From NCBI GenBank assembly GCA_016206155.1, contig JACQSC010000002.1:143473-207472 (forward strand): DNA of 64,000 nucleotides, in the 5' to 3' direction. The position numbers were made by a program, and so were the translations under genes. Below are positions 25,994 through 35,066 of the stretch, piece by piece. Position 1 is the first letter of the stretch. Each line of letters opens with the position of its first letter. The stretch is from Candidatus Uhrbacteria bacterium (GTDB lineage Bacteria > Patescibacteriota > Patescibacteriia > JACQRZ01). The notes beneath the pieces are model-generated. The model worked only from the letters and a program-made list of their open reading frames with translations, did no database searches and was not told the origin of the DNA.

Positions 25994-27746
25994 ACAGCAG
26001 AGGGGACAGACCATTCTAGAAATTGTCATCGCGCTTGCGATTTTTATTTTTATATCAAGCGCGCTTGCTTCACTGATACTCGGCGGGTTGCATGGCGTCG
26101 CGCAGGGGTCACAGCATCTTGAGGCAGACGCGCTTGCGCAGGAGGGAATGGAAGCGCTCCGGTCGATTAAAAACGGCGCGTGGAATGAGTTGTCTCAATC
26201 ACCGGCGGGGGTGCGCGTATCCGGAGGTGAGTGGATTCTCTCCGGAGCAAGCGACAGCATGCCGCCATTTACCCGTACGATTACCCTTGACGCGGTATGC
26301 CGATCACAGGCCGGCGACATTGTTTCGTGTCCCGGTTCATATACAGATCCGCATACGCTGTACGGCGCAAGCGCGGTTACATGGACAACGCTTGAAGGAA
26401 CCCGGAATCAGGTGACTCGCAGCTCCTATCTCACTTCTTGGAATGAGTCGGCGTGGACGCAAACTGATTGGAGCGGTGGTACGGGACAGAGCATATGGTC
26501 GGTAGAGAATCGCTATGATGCGGACGATGGAAATATCGATTCGGCGGTTGCAGGGCAGGTTCAACTCGCGGCATCCGCAATAACTGGAACATGGTCTCTG
26601 CACTCGCAGATACCGGAGGGGGATGATCTTCACGATCTCTGGACCGTGGGCGGAAGCGATATATGGGCTGTCGGAGACGATGGGCTCATCATTCATTGGG
26701 ATGGAACAACGTGGACAACTGTTACATCTCCGCATGGCAGTCGGATCAATGGCATTTTTATGCTCTCTGCCAGTAGTGGGTGGGCTGTTGGCGATGGAGG
26801 AAAGATTATACGGTACGACGGTACATCCTGGACACAGGTAAGCTCGCCCGTTACCGATCACCTTAACAGTATATGGATGGTATCTGAAAGCGATGGCTGG
26901 GCAGTTGGTGAAGCGGGCAAGATTCTCCGCTTTGACGGTACTTCCTGGACGCAATTTACCGATACCGGAGGAAATACCTGGCATGATATTCAAATGATCT
27001 CGGCAGCCGATGGATGGGTTGTTGGAAACCAGGGCCTTATCTACCGCTGGAACGGATCTGCGTGGTCATTGCATACCGATAGCGGCGGTACGGTATGGCG
27101 ATCGCTCTATCTTCTGAGCGCAACGGATGGTTGGGTTGCAGGCGATCAAGGACTTATCTACCGCTGGAATGGTTCTGAGTGGTTGCTTTCAGCCGATACC
27201 GGCGGAACGAACTGGCGCTCTGTGTATCATGCATCATCATCAGACGGCTGGGTGACAGGAACAGGCGGTGAAATCTACCACTGGAATGGCGTTATGTGGA
27301 GCGCATACTCGTCGCCCACAACGGCAGATATTAATGAGGTGCGCATGCTCTCGTCAAGCCTCGGGTGGGCTGTTGCTGATGGCGGGCGACTCTTTCGCTA
27401 CCAAGCAAGCGCCTTTGAGACAAGCGGTGTCGTGACGTCATCCGCCTTCTCGCTTGGCGATGCCTCGCCGGTTACTGTTATCGAGTGGGATGAGGTGGTT
27501 CCCGCATGTACACCGGCGTGTGATGTCCGCCTTCAGATACGCACCGCTCCTGATAGTGGAGGTACACCCGGAGTCTTTGGTCCATGGTACGGAGCGACGG
27601 GTATCGATACGTTTTTTTTAACGCCTACCGGATCGTTGATTCCACAAGAAGCAAACGGCGGATCGTGGGTGCAGTATCGTGCCGTGCTTGACGGCGACGG
27701 CACAGCGACCCCGACGCTAAACGAGGCGCGCGTGTATTATAAATAA
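25986..27746 (+). CDS. prepilin-like protein fused to a multi-bladed beta-propeller domain (about 586 aa)
   Basis: N-terminus MIEQQRGQTILEIVIALAIFIF is a pilin-like hydrophobic helix. It is followed by 8 or more about 40-aa repeats of 'S..DGWAVGd.G.I..wdGt.W' (Ycf48/BNR-like propeller blades). Confidence 0.7.
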   Translation: MIEQQRGQTILEIVIALAIFIFISSALASLILGGLHGVAQGSQHLEADALAQEGMEALRSIKNGAWNELSQSPAGVRVSGGEWILSGASDSMPPFTRTITLDAVCRSQAGDIVSCPGSYTDPHTLYGASAVTWTTLEGTRNQVTRSSYLTSWNESAWTQTDWSGGTGQSIWSVENRYDADDGNIDSAVAGQVQLAASAITGTWSLHSQIPEGDDLHDLWTVGGSDIWAVGDDGLIIHWDGTTWTTVTSPHGSRINGIFMLSASSGWAVGDGGKIIRYDGTSWTQVSSPVTDHLNSIWMVSESDGWAVGEAGKILRFDGTSWTQFTDTGGNTWHDIQMISAADGWVVGNQGLIYRWNGSAWSLHTDSGGTVWRSLYLLSATDGWVAGDQGLIYRWNGSEWLLSADTGGTNWRSVYHASSSDGWVTGTGGEIYHWNGVMWSAYSSPTTADINEVRMLSSSLGWAVADGGRLFRYQASAFETSGVVTSSAFSLGDASPVTVIEWDEVVPACTPACDVRLQIRTAPDSGGTPGVFGPWYGATGIDTFFLTPTGSLIPQEANGGSWVQYRAVLDGDGTATPTLNEARVYYK

Positions 27747-27756
27747 TTTCAAATTT

Positions 27757-28320
27757 ATGATTTTAAATTTCAAATTGAAGAAAAATTTGCAATTTGAAAT
27801 TTGCAATTTGAAATTATGTATTGGGTTTACGTTGGTTGAAATTGTTATTTCTGTCGGAATTATGCTCATCATCGTTGGCAGTCTCGGCGGTTTTGTCGTA
27901 TCTCTGCAGTCGGCGCGACAACATATGGCAAGCGCGCAGGAAGTTGACGGTAATTTTCGCATAGCGCTCGATCTTCTTGGTTCGCGTATCCGCGGCGCGC
28001 GCGGGGTTAATGCCGGCGCATCGATATTTGATACGGATCCGGGGGTATTGTCGCTTGAGATGGCTAATCCCGCGCTCAATCCGACGGTATTTCGTCTTGA
28101 TCAGGATAATGGTATTCTGCAAATGCAAGAGGGAGCGGGAAGCCCCGTGTCAGTGACATCAAACGAAGTACGCGTGTCAGATCTCGTCTTTTCACTGCGC
28201 TCTCCTGCGGGAGAGCCCGAGAATGTTGGTATTGCGCTGACGATTGATTATTATTCGCAAACTGATTCCTATGCCGGCTTTTCCCATTCGCTCACAACCG
28301 CGGTTACCGCTCGAGAGTAG
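27757..28320 (+). CDS. prepilin-type protein (187 aa)
   Basis: G|FTLVEIVISVGIMLII follows a 23-aa leader whose coding sequence contains a perfect 14-nt tandem duplication. Confidence 0.7.
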   Translation: MILNFKLKKNLQFEICNLKLCIGFTLVEIVISVGIMLIIVGSLGGFVVSLQSARQHMASAQEVDGNFRIALDLLGSRIRGARGVNAGASIFDTDPGVLSLEMANPALNPTVFRLDQDNGILQMQEGAGSPVSVTSNEVRVSDLVFSLRSPAGEPENVGIALTIDYYSQTDSYAGFSHSLTTAVTARE

Positions 28321-28324
28321 CGGT

Positions 28325-28693
28325 GTGTCGCTCCTGATTGTTATTGTTATTCTGGGATCGGCTTTGCTTATAATATCCGCCGGCGCGCTTCTGGTTGGGC
28401 TTTCGGAGCGAGAGAGCGGCTTTGTCGCCGGTCTCGGAGGTGAGGCGCGCGCGTTGGCCGACGGATGCATGGATGAAGCATACTTGCGCATGGAGCGTGA
28501 TGCGTCCTGGGGACTCACGAGCGTGGTCCTCTTCACAGCGCCGAATGGTTCATGTAGTATTGAGGTCAGCGATCTTGGCGGGAATACCAGACGTATTGAT
28601 ATTGTCGCAACTCGCGATGCATATACATCACATATCCGTTCAACCTACGTGATTGGCGGCGGGATATCCGAGTGGGAAGAACGCACCGACTAA
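28325..28693 (+). CDS. putative pseudopilin-like protein (about 123 aa, GTG start)
   Basis: The track ORF 28244 overlaps the previous gene. An in-frame GTG at 28325 gives VSLLIVIVILGSALLIISAGALLVG, a pilin-like N-terminal helix. Confidence 0.4.
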   Translation: MSLLIVIVILGSALLIISAGALLVGLSERESGFVAGLGGEARALADGCMDEAYLRMERDASWGLTSVVLFTAPNGSCSIEVSDLGGNTRRIDIVATRDAYTSHIRSTYVIGGGISEWEERTD

Positions 28694-28695
28694 TT

Positions 28696-29757
28696 ATGAT
28701 TTTTACTCGTCGAGCCATTGGTCTAGACATTGCCGACCACAGCATTCAGATTGTCGAGATTGAACAACCCCTTTTTTCGCATACGCCAAAGGTCGTTTCA
28801 AAGGCGCGCCGCTCCCTTGAACGGGGGATTGTTGAAAAAGGCAAGGTTGTTTTAAAAAAGCAGCTTATCGAGGCGTTGTCTGAACTTGCGCGCCAAGCAC
28901 AGCCGAGAGAAATTGCGCCGGGTGACGTTATCTTTGGTGTGCCGGAGCCCCTGGTCTATACCCAAATTCTTATGCTTGAGACGGATCGCGCCACATCGCT
29001 TGATGAACAGATCGAGCGCATCGCCCATGAATCCATTCCGCTTGAATCTGCCGATCTTGTGTATGCGTACGGACTCATATCGCAGATTGAGGGAAAGCGA
29101 GAAGCGCTGCTCTATGGAACAAGCAAGGAAGCGCTTGCCGACTGGGATGATGTGCTTGCGGCGGCGGGCTTTGGCGTTCGCGCGTTTGATCATGAATTGC
29201 TTGCGATTGCGCGCGGCATGTTTGGCAGCACCATTCCATCGCCCGTCTGCATTGTTGATAGCGGAGCGGAACGTACCAAAATTGCCGTTTATTCGCGCCG
29301 CGGACTGCACTATGTGCATTCGATTGATAGGGCCGGTGATTATTTTACAGACGAAATTGCAAAGTCGCTCGATGTGCCAAAGGAAGTTGCCGAGCAGATG
29401 AAGAGAGATGAGGGAATCGTCAACCTGACGCTCCACGCGCTGTTTATAAAACTTTTGGATCCGATTATTGCAGAGATTGTGACGGCATGCGATTTTTTTG
29501 AAAAAACGCATCATCATCCGGTTGCAGAAATTGTGCTTGTCGGCGGATCGGCACAGCTAAAAGGTCTGACCACATATGTTCGGGATGGGGTTGGGCGGCC
29601 GTGCAGGCTTGGCGCTTCATTGCTTCCTTCGCTTCGCACAGAGTCAGACCATGACGCCCTTCACTACATCGAAGCCTTGGGACTCGCGCTCAAGGGTCTT
29701 CGCAAAACAGCGTGGGAGCGGGAACATCCCTCGTTCAAAATGCCGCGCGCGGCATAA
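28696..29757 (+). CDS. pilM: type IV pilus assembly protein PilM (actin-like ATPase fold)
   Basis: IGLDIADHSIQIVE...CIVDSGAERTKIAV...EIVLVGGSAQLKGL matches the PilM/FtsA-like pattern. ATG at 28696 is M9 of the track ORF. Confidence 0.75.
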   Translation: MIFTRRAIGLDIADHSIQIVEIEQPLFSHTPKVVSKARRSLERGIVEKGKVVLKKQLIEALSELARQAQPREIAPGDVIFGVPEPLVYTQILMLETDRATSLDEQIERIAHESIPLESADLVYAYGLISQIEGKREALLYGTSKEALADWDDVLAAAGFGVRAFDHELLAIARGMFGSTIPSPVCIVDSGAERTKIAVYSRRGLHYVHSIDRAGDYFTDEIAKSLDVPKEVAEQMKRDEGIVNLTLHALFIKLLDPIIAEIVTACDFFEKTHHHPVAEIVLVGGSAQLKGLTTYVRDGVGRPCRLGASLLPSLRTESDHDALHYIEALGLALKGLRKTAWEREHPSFKMPRAA

Positions 29758-29771
29758 TTATGGTTATCCAC

Positions 29772-29805
29772 TGCACAAGAAATCAAATATGTGCTATACT
29801 ATAAT
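29772..29805 (+). promoter_or_regulatory. promoter for major pilin gene (TGcTATACT/TATAAT)
   Basis: Sequence gtgctatactataat lies 36 nt upstream of the ATG at 29841. Confidence 0.4.
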
Positions 29806-29840
29806 AAAGTCTTCAGATGAGAAGACATAAGTTTATTATT

Positions 29841-30341
29841 ATGAGACACAATTCCCGACGAGGGTTTACGCTCATTGAACTGCTTATTGTGATTGCTGTG
29901 ATCGCGATTTTGGCGGCTGTTGCATTTGTCGCCCTTGATCCTTTGACACGATTCCGCGATACGCGAGATGCGCGGCGCTGGTCTGATATCTCCGCAATCA
30001 TGACTGCCATCAAGGCAGATCAGGTTGACAGCAGAGGAAACTATTTGACGGCGATTCAGAACATGACCGACGGTCAGGTATATATGGTTGGAACCGGCGC
30101 GGCCGGATGTGACGATCTCAACGCGAGTTGCGCTACGGCAGTTAGCTCAGATGCAAACTGTGTCAATCTTGCAGGATTGGTTACAGCCGGTAAATTGGGC
30201 GCCGTACCAACCAGTCCAAACGGAGCGGCGACATGGACCGCCGCGCGTGGCGGGTATACGTTGCAGCGCGACACGACTGGCATCATCACGGTGCGGGCGT
30301 GCGAACATGAGAATACGACCGAAATTTTCCTCTCACGATAA
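29841..30341 (+). CDS. type IV pilin (major pilin candidate, 166 aa)
   Basis: 8-aa leader MRHNSRRG|FTLIELLIVIAVIAILAAVAF is a canonical prepilin. Its own promoter and a strong terminator suggest high expression. The track ORF begins at the upstream ATG 29817. Confidence 0.8.
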   Translation: MRHNSRRGFTLIELLIVIAVIAILAAVAFVALDPLTRFRDTRDARRWSDISAIMTAIKADQVDSRGNYLTAIQNMTDGQVYMVGTGAAGCDDLNASCATAVSSDANCVNLAGLVTAGKLGAVPTSPNGAATWTAARGGYTLQRDTTGIITVRACEHENTTEIFLSR

Positions 30342-30352
30342 AGAGGTCACTT

Positions 30353-30380
30353 AAAAGCCCCCTCGCGGGGGCTTTTTTTA
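30353..30380 (+). terminator. rho-independent terminator (aaaagcccccTCGCgggggcttttttt)
   Basis: 9-bp GC stem followed by T7. Lies 12 nt after the pilin stop. Confidence 0.85.
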
Positions 30381-30444
30381 TTGCCCTATTTTTACATTTG
30401 TGATACTATATAGATGACAATATTAACTTATAAGCATCCTAACT

Positions 30445-30840
30445 ATGCCGTATTTTGATTTATCGATCTATGGTTCAGAGTGGGCATTGCTCATTATGAG
30501 GATTGCGCTTGCGGCTGTATTTTTGACCCATGGACTCTCAAAGCGCGGGATGTGGAAAGCTGCGCCAAGCGATTCGATGCCGCCATCACAGCTTTGGTTG
30601 ATGCGCATTCTCTCGGTCATTGAGCCTATTGCGGGTATTGGCGTGTTGTTTGGCATCTTTACCGCGTTGTCTGCATATGCGATTGCCATTGTGATGATTG
30701 GAGCAATGTATTACAAGATTGCGGTCTGGAAGAAAAAATTTAGCGAAACAGGCGGATGGGAATTTGACCTCGTGCTTTTTGCCGCCGCGCTTATCATCGC
30801 CGCGTTTGGTCCCGGTGTCTTTTCTCTCGCAATGTACTAA
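30445..30840 (+). CDS. DoxX-family membrane protein
   Basis: 131 aa with 4 TM segments. RIALAAVFLTHGLSK is DoxX-like. Confidence 0.55.
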   Translation: MPYFDLSIYGSEWALLIMRIALAAVFLTHGLSKRGMWKAAPSDSMPPSQLWLMRILSVIEPIAGIGVLFGIFTALSAYAIAIVMIGAMYYKIAVWKKKFSETGGWEFDLVLFAAALIIAAFGPGVFSLAMY

Positions 30841-30848
30841 CGATCAGC

Positions 30849-31715
30849 ATGAAACCCATTATTTTTTACCACGGGCAGTGCCTTGACGGGTTTGCCGGGG
30901 CATGGGCAGCATGGAAAAAATTCGGAAATGCCGCTGAGTATCGGGGGGTTTCTCATGATCTCAACCGCATTCCCACCGGCATCACCGGACGGACAGTTTA
31001 TTTTATCGATTATTGTCTATCGGAGGCGCTGATGCGACGAGCGCTTGCGCGGACGCGACGCTGTATTGTTATTGATCATCACGCAACTCATAGGACCATT
31101 GCGGGCATGGCGGACGAGTCAGTATTTTCGCTGTCGAAATCGGGCTGTGTGCTTGCGTGGAATTATTTTCATCCTAAAAAAAACCCCCCGCAATTGTTGC
31201 TTGCGATCCAGGACTATGATCTTTTTACCCTCAAGCGTAAACATACACTGGAAATCGCGACTGCGCTGACACTTGCGGAGCGAGAATTCGATGCATGGTC
31301 GAACCTTGTTCGCGACTTTGCAGATCCGCTGCTGAGGAAAACATTCGTGTTGCTCGGTTCGCTTCTCATGCGGTATAAGGATGAATGTATTGATCGCATT
31401 CTTGAGAGTGCGCAGCGCGTCGTCTTTCATGGGCATCGCGCCTATGCGGTAAATACGTCCGCGTTCTATTCGGAAGTCGGTACGCGAATGTATCAAACTC
31501 GTCCTGTGCACCTTGGCATTGTTTGGTATTACAGGAATGGGCGCATGAAGGTCTCTCTTCGCTCTGATGGGCGAATTGATTGTGGGGCGCTTGCCATCAG
31601 GTACGGTGGCGGCGGACATGTTGGCGCGGCGGCATTTTGGCTGCCGTTTAAGGGCGAGTTCCCATGGAGGACAATAGGAAATGGTGTCCCCATTTCCCTG
31701 CAAAGTAAATCATAA
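30849..31715 (+). CDS. DHH-family phosphoesterase (NrnA-like)
   Basis: N-terminal HGQCLDGFAGAWAAW and the IDHH motif. Confidence 0.65.
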   Translation: MKPIIFYHGQCLDGFAGAWAAWKKFGNAAEYRGVSHDLNRIPTGITGRTVYFIDYCLSEALMRRALARTRRCIVIDHHATHRTIAGMADESVFSLSKSGCVLAWNYFHPKKNPPQLLLAIQDYDLFTLKRKHTLEIATALTLAEREFDAWSNLVRDFADPLLRKTFVLLGSLLMRYKDECIDRILESAQRVVFHGHRAYAVNTSAFYSEVGTRMYQTRPVHLGIVWYYRNGRMKVSLRSDGRIDCGALAIRYGGGGHVGAAAFWLPFKGEFPWRTIGNGVPISLQSKS

Positions 31716-31729
31716 ATTTGAAATTCTCT

Positions 31730-32017
31730 ATGGGTATCTTCGACAAACTCAAGGATATCAACGAGCTTCGCAAGAACGCAAGCGAATTAAAAGCCCTGCA
31801 AGCGCAACTGGCAAAAGAGGAAATTGTCAGTACGTCAAAGGATGGACTGGTGACGATCGTTCTTGACGGAAACCAGAACGTCGTACGCGTGCAGGTTCAT
31901 GATTCTATTCTTGGAAACAAGAATCAGTTAGAGGCATCGATCAAAGATGCGCTTTTTCGCGCGCTTGACGGCCTGAAGAAAATGATGGCTTCAAAGTTCT
32001 CCTCATTTCTCAAATAG
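31730..32017 (+). CDS. YbaB/EbfC-family nucleoid-associated protein
   Basis: GIFDKLKDINELRKNASELKALQAQLAKEEIVSTSKDGLVTIVLDGNQNVVRVQVHDSIL matches the YbaB pattern. The track ORF starts at TTG 31718. Confidence 0.75.
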   Translation: MGIFDKLKDINELRKNASELKALQAQLAKEEIVSTSKDGLVTIVLDGNQNVVRVQVHDSILGNKNQLEASIKDALFRALDGLKKMMASKFSSFLK

Positions 32018-32037
32018 AATTGCGAAAGGTCAAGAGC

Positions 32038-32526
32038 ATGACGGTTATTCTTTTTATCGCGGTACTGTTTGCGCTTTGCGTGTTATGGATTGCAAGCCCG
32101 TTGCCGGGCGCTCCCTTATTCATGATCGCGCTTTTTTCTTTGTACGTTCTTCCATATCGCCAATCGCTTGCCGTCGTACTTGTGGCAGGCGTTCTCGCCG
32201 ATCTTTTTTCTCCGATAAAGGGACTCTCGACAGTGACTTATTTATTTGGATTTATTGCCGCGCGTTTTTTGTCCCGACATGTCGTTGACTACCGCACGTG
32301 TTTTGGCAGCATGATTCTTTTTGTCGGAATGAGCGCCGTTGTTGGATACGTTTCCATTTTCATCAGTTTCGGTCTTGATGTCATTCGCCTGGATGATCGA
32401 GCTGCTGCGGGAGCCTATGCACTTACCGCAAGCCTGCTCTTTATTCCGTGGCTTCTTATCAGCATTCCGGTCGCTTTGCTCCTCTATGGCCTTTCTCGCC
32501 TTATTGGTAATCGGACATCGGTATGA
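32038..32526 (+). CDS. rod-shape protein MreD-like membrane protein
   Basis: Polytopic, about 160 aa. Immediately upstream of PBP2 and overlapping it, which is the typical mreD-mrdA arrangement. No direct motif evidence. Confidence 0.45.
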   Translation: MTVILFIAVLFALCVLWIASPLPGAPLFMIALFSLYVLPYRQSLAVVLVAGVLADLFSPIKGLSTVTYLFGFIAARFLSRHVVDYRTCFGSMILFVGMSAVVGYVSIFISFGLDVIRLDDRAAAGAYALTASLLFIPWLLISIPVALLLYGLSRLIGNRTSV

Positions 32527-34475
32527 GTCGCGCGTCAGTTCCTTTTGTTCCCGACTTTGGCTCAACAATAGAACTGCACCGCACAGTGAGACATGAATGG
32601 GTGGAGTCTGTTGTTCCGGGGCAGGAAAGCGATCAGTCACGCCAATTCTTGGGGACAAGCATTTCGCGCCGAACAATTTCGCTCACCTATGGATTGATCA
32701 TATGCACGCTCGCGGTGTTTGCATTTCGCAGCGCTTATCTTCAACTTTTTGAGGGGCGCGGATTTGCCATGATTGCAGAATCGCAAAAGGACAAAGTTGA
32801 GATTAAGCCGGCACGAAGAGGGATTATATTTGATAGAAATGGCGCTGTGCTGGTAAACAACACTCCGCGATTTGTCCTTGAGGTATTGCCTGCGCAGATG
32901 GCGCGAAATCACGATGAGCGCGAGAAAAGCATCAAACAAGCAAGTGCGCTTGTCGGCATGAGCGCTGAGGAGCTTGGCGGTCTTATTGCGAATCACCATT
33001 TTCTCGAACCACTTGTCGTTGCTGACAATCTTGCATATCCGGATGCGTTGCGTGTCATGGTTGAGGCGGAGAATATTCCAGGTGTCGCCGTTGTGCCGAC
33101 GTTTTCCCGCGGTTATCAGTTCGGGGGAGCGTCGAGCCTTGCGCATGTCGTCGGTACGATGGGGCGCATTTCAGAGCAAGAATATACAAAAGCCGCCGGG
33201 ATCTATCGATTGTCAGACATCATCGGAAAGTCGGGGCTCGAATTTTACTATGAGTCCCAACTTCGCGGGCGCGATGGAAGGCGGGTGATCGAGGTTGATG
33301 CGCTTGGCCGCGAAAAGCGTATTCTTTCAGAGGATCGGCCGCAGGATGGTACGTCGCTGACGTTGAGCATCGATCGCGAGCTGCAAGCGAAGAGCGAAGA
33401 AGCGCTGCGCGCATGGATGGAAACGATTGGATCGTCCGGTGGGGTAGTCATTATATCTGATCCCAAAACCGGAGCAGTGCGCACACTTGTAAGTTTACCC
33501 GCATTTGACAGCGCCATCCTTGCAAAGGGCATTTCCGCAACTGCGTATGCCGATCTCATTCGCGACCCCTCGCGGCCACTGTTTAATCGTGCGCTACAAG
33601 GGGAATATCCATCCGGCTCAACAATCAAGCCGCTGGTTGCTGCGGCCGCGCTACAGGGGGGTATCATTACTCCACTGACGTCGTTCATGAGCACCGGAGG
33701 CATTCGCATATCGCAGTGGTTCTTTCCTGACTGGAAATCGGGCGGGCACGGGAGGACGAACGTAACGAAGGCGTTGGCAGAATCGGTAAATACATTTTTT
33801 TATATTGTAGGAGGTGGGTACGAGTCTGTTCCTGGGCTTGGTATAGCCCGAATGGCTGACACCTTTCGTAGTTTTGGCCTTGGGGACAGAGTGGGAATTG
33901 ATATTCCGGGAGAGGCTTTTGGATTTATCCCAAGTCCCGAATGGAAGCAAGAAAAAAAAGGAGAGCGATGGTATATCGGCGATACCTATCATGCGGCAAT
34001 CGGGCAAGGCGATATTCTTGTAACACCACTGCAGGTTCATGCATTCACCTCTTATTTTGCAAACAACGGTACATCGTACGCACCTTTTGTCGTGGAATCA
34101 ACAATGAATGCAGTAACCGGTTTGCGCCAAACAGAGCCGCGCGTGGCGCATCAAAATCTCATCGATGCGGCGCATGTTAAGACTATTCGCGAGGGGATGC
34201 GGCGCGCGGTGACGGATGGAAGCGCGCGCAAGTTGAGCTATTTGCCGGTGACTTCTGCGGGAAAGACTGGAACCGCGCAGTGGAGCAGTACAAAAAAACC
34301 GCATGCGTGGTATACGGGTTGGGCGCCGTTCGAGAATCCCGAGCTTGCTATTACGGTCCTCGTTGAGGAAGGGGAGGAGGGAAGTAGGACCGCGCTCGGT
34401 GTCACTAACGATATTTTGAAGTGGTATTTTTCGCCCCGTGCAGAGCCGACCAAACAACCATCAGTACAACCTTGA
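32523..34475 (+). CDS. mrdA: penicillin-binding protein 2 (transpeptidase)
   Basis: N-terminal TM segment, then SxxK (STIKP), SxN and KTG (KTGTA) motifs, and the PBP dimerisation domain. Confidence 0.9.
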   Translation: MSRASVPFVPDFGSTIELHRTVRHEWVESVVPGQESDQSRQFLGTSISRRTISLTYGLIICTLAVFAFRSAYLQLFEGRGFAMIAESQKDKVEIKPARRGIIFDRNGAVLVNNTPRFVLEVLPAQMARNHDEREKSIKQASALVGMSAEELGGLIANHHFLEPLVVADNLAYPDALRVMVEAENIPGVAVVPTFSRGYQFGGASSLAHVVGTMGRISEQEYTKAAGIYRLSDIIGKSGLEFYYESQLRGRDGRRVIEVDALGREKRILSEDRPQDGTSLTLSIDRELQAKSEEALRAWMETIGSSGGVVIISDPKTGAVRTLVSLPAFDSAILAKGISATAYADLIRDPSRPLFNRALQGEYPSGSTIKPLVAAAALQGGIITPLTSFMSTGGIRISQWFFPDWKSGGHGRTNVTKALAESVNTFFYIVGGGYESVPGLGIARMADTFRSFGLGDRVGIDIPGEAFGFIPSPEWKQEKKGERWYIGDTYHAAIGQGDILVTPLQVHAFTSYFANNGTSYAPFVVESTMNAVTGLRQTEPRVAHQNLIDAAHVKTIREGMRRAVTDGSARKLSYLPVTSAGKTGTAQWSSTKKPHAWYTGWAPFENPELAITVLVEEGEEGSRTALGVTNDILKWYFSPRAEPTKQPSVQP

Positions 34476-34529
34476 CAATAATTCGGGAGCGGTGTATTCT
34501 TCGCACCATCATTCGTGTCACAAAGCGCT

Positions 34530-34994
34530 ATGCAGCATTATCTCACTCAAGATGGATATTTGAAGCTAAAGAGTGAACTTGAACATCTCAAAACTTTTGG
34601 CCGCAAAGAAGTAAGTGAACGCATCGCTACCGCAAAGGAGCTTGGCGATCTCAAGGAAAATGCAGAATATGCAGAGGCAAAAGATGATCAAGGACTCATG
34701 GAGGCTAAAATTTCTGAACTTGAGGAAGTTATTAAAAATGCTGTCATTGTCGATGAGGAGAAAAAGCGCGGCAACACACAGACGGTTTCAATCGGTTCCG
34801 TAGTTTCTGTAAGCTGCAACGGGAATACCTGCGAATACATGATAGTGGGCAGCGAGGAGGCGGATCCATCTCATGCGAAGATATCCTATGAATCTCCTCT
34901 CGGACGAGCTTTCTTAAATCGGCGCATCGGAGATCGAGTTGCTGTAACGGCGCCTAAGGGTGAGTATACCTACGTAATACTCGAGATTAAGTAA
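34530..34994 (+). CDS. greA: transcription elongation factor GreA
   Basis: YLTQDGYLKLKSELEHLK...LKENAEYAEAKDDQ coiled coil plus an FKBP-like C-terminal domain. The track ORF starts at GTG 34515. Confidence 0.85.
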   Translation: MQHYLTQDGYLKLKSELEHLKTFGRKEVSERIATAKELGDLKENAEYAEAKDDQGLMEAKISELEEVIKNAVIVDEEKKRGNTQTVSIGSVVSVSCNGNTCEYMIVGSEEADPSHAKISYESPLGRAFLNRRIGDRVAVTAPKGEYTYVILEIK

Positions 34995-35023
34995 TACCCT
35001 TGAGCGGTGTTGGCAAACAGGGT

Positions 35024-35051
35024 GAACCGTTGACTGTAAACGGTTTTTTTT
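35024..35051 (+). terminator. rho-independent terminator (aaccgttgactgtaaacggttttttttt)
   Basis: 7-bp stem followed by T9, downstream of greA. Confidence 0.65.
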
Positions 35052-35066
35052 GTATATTGAGAACAT

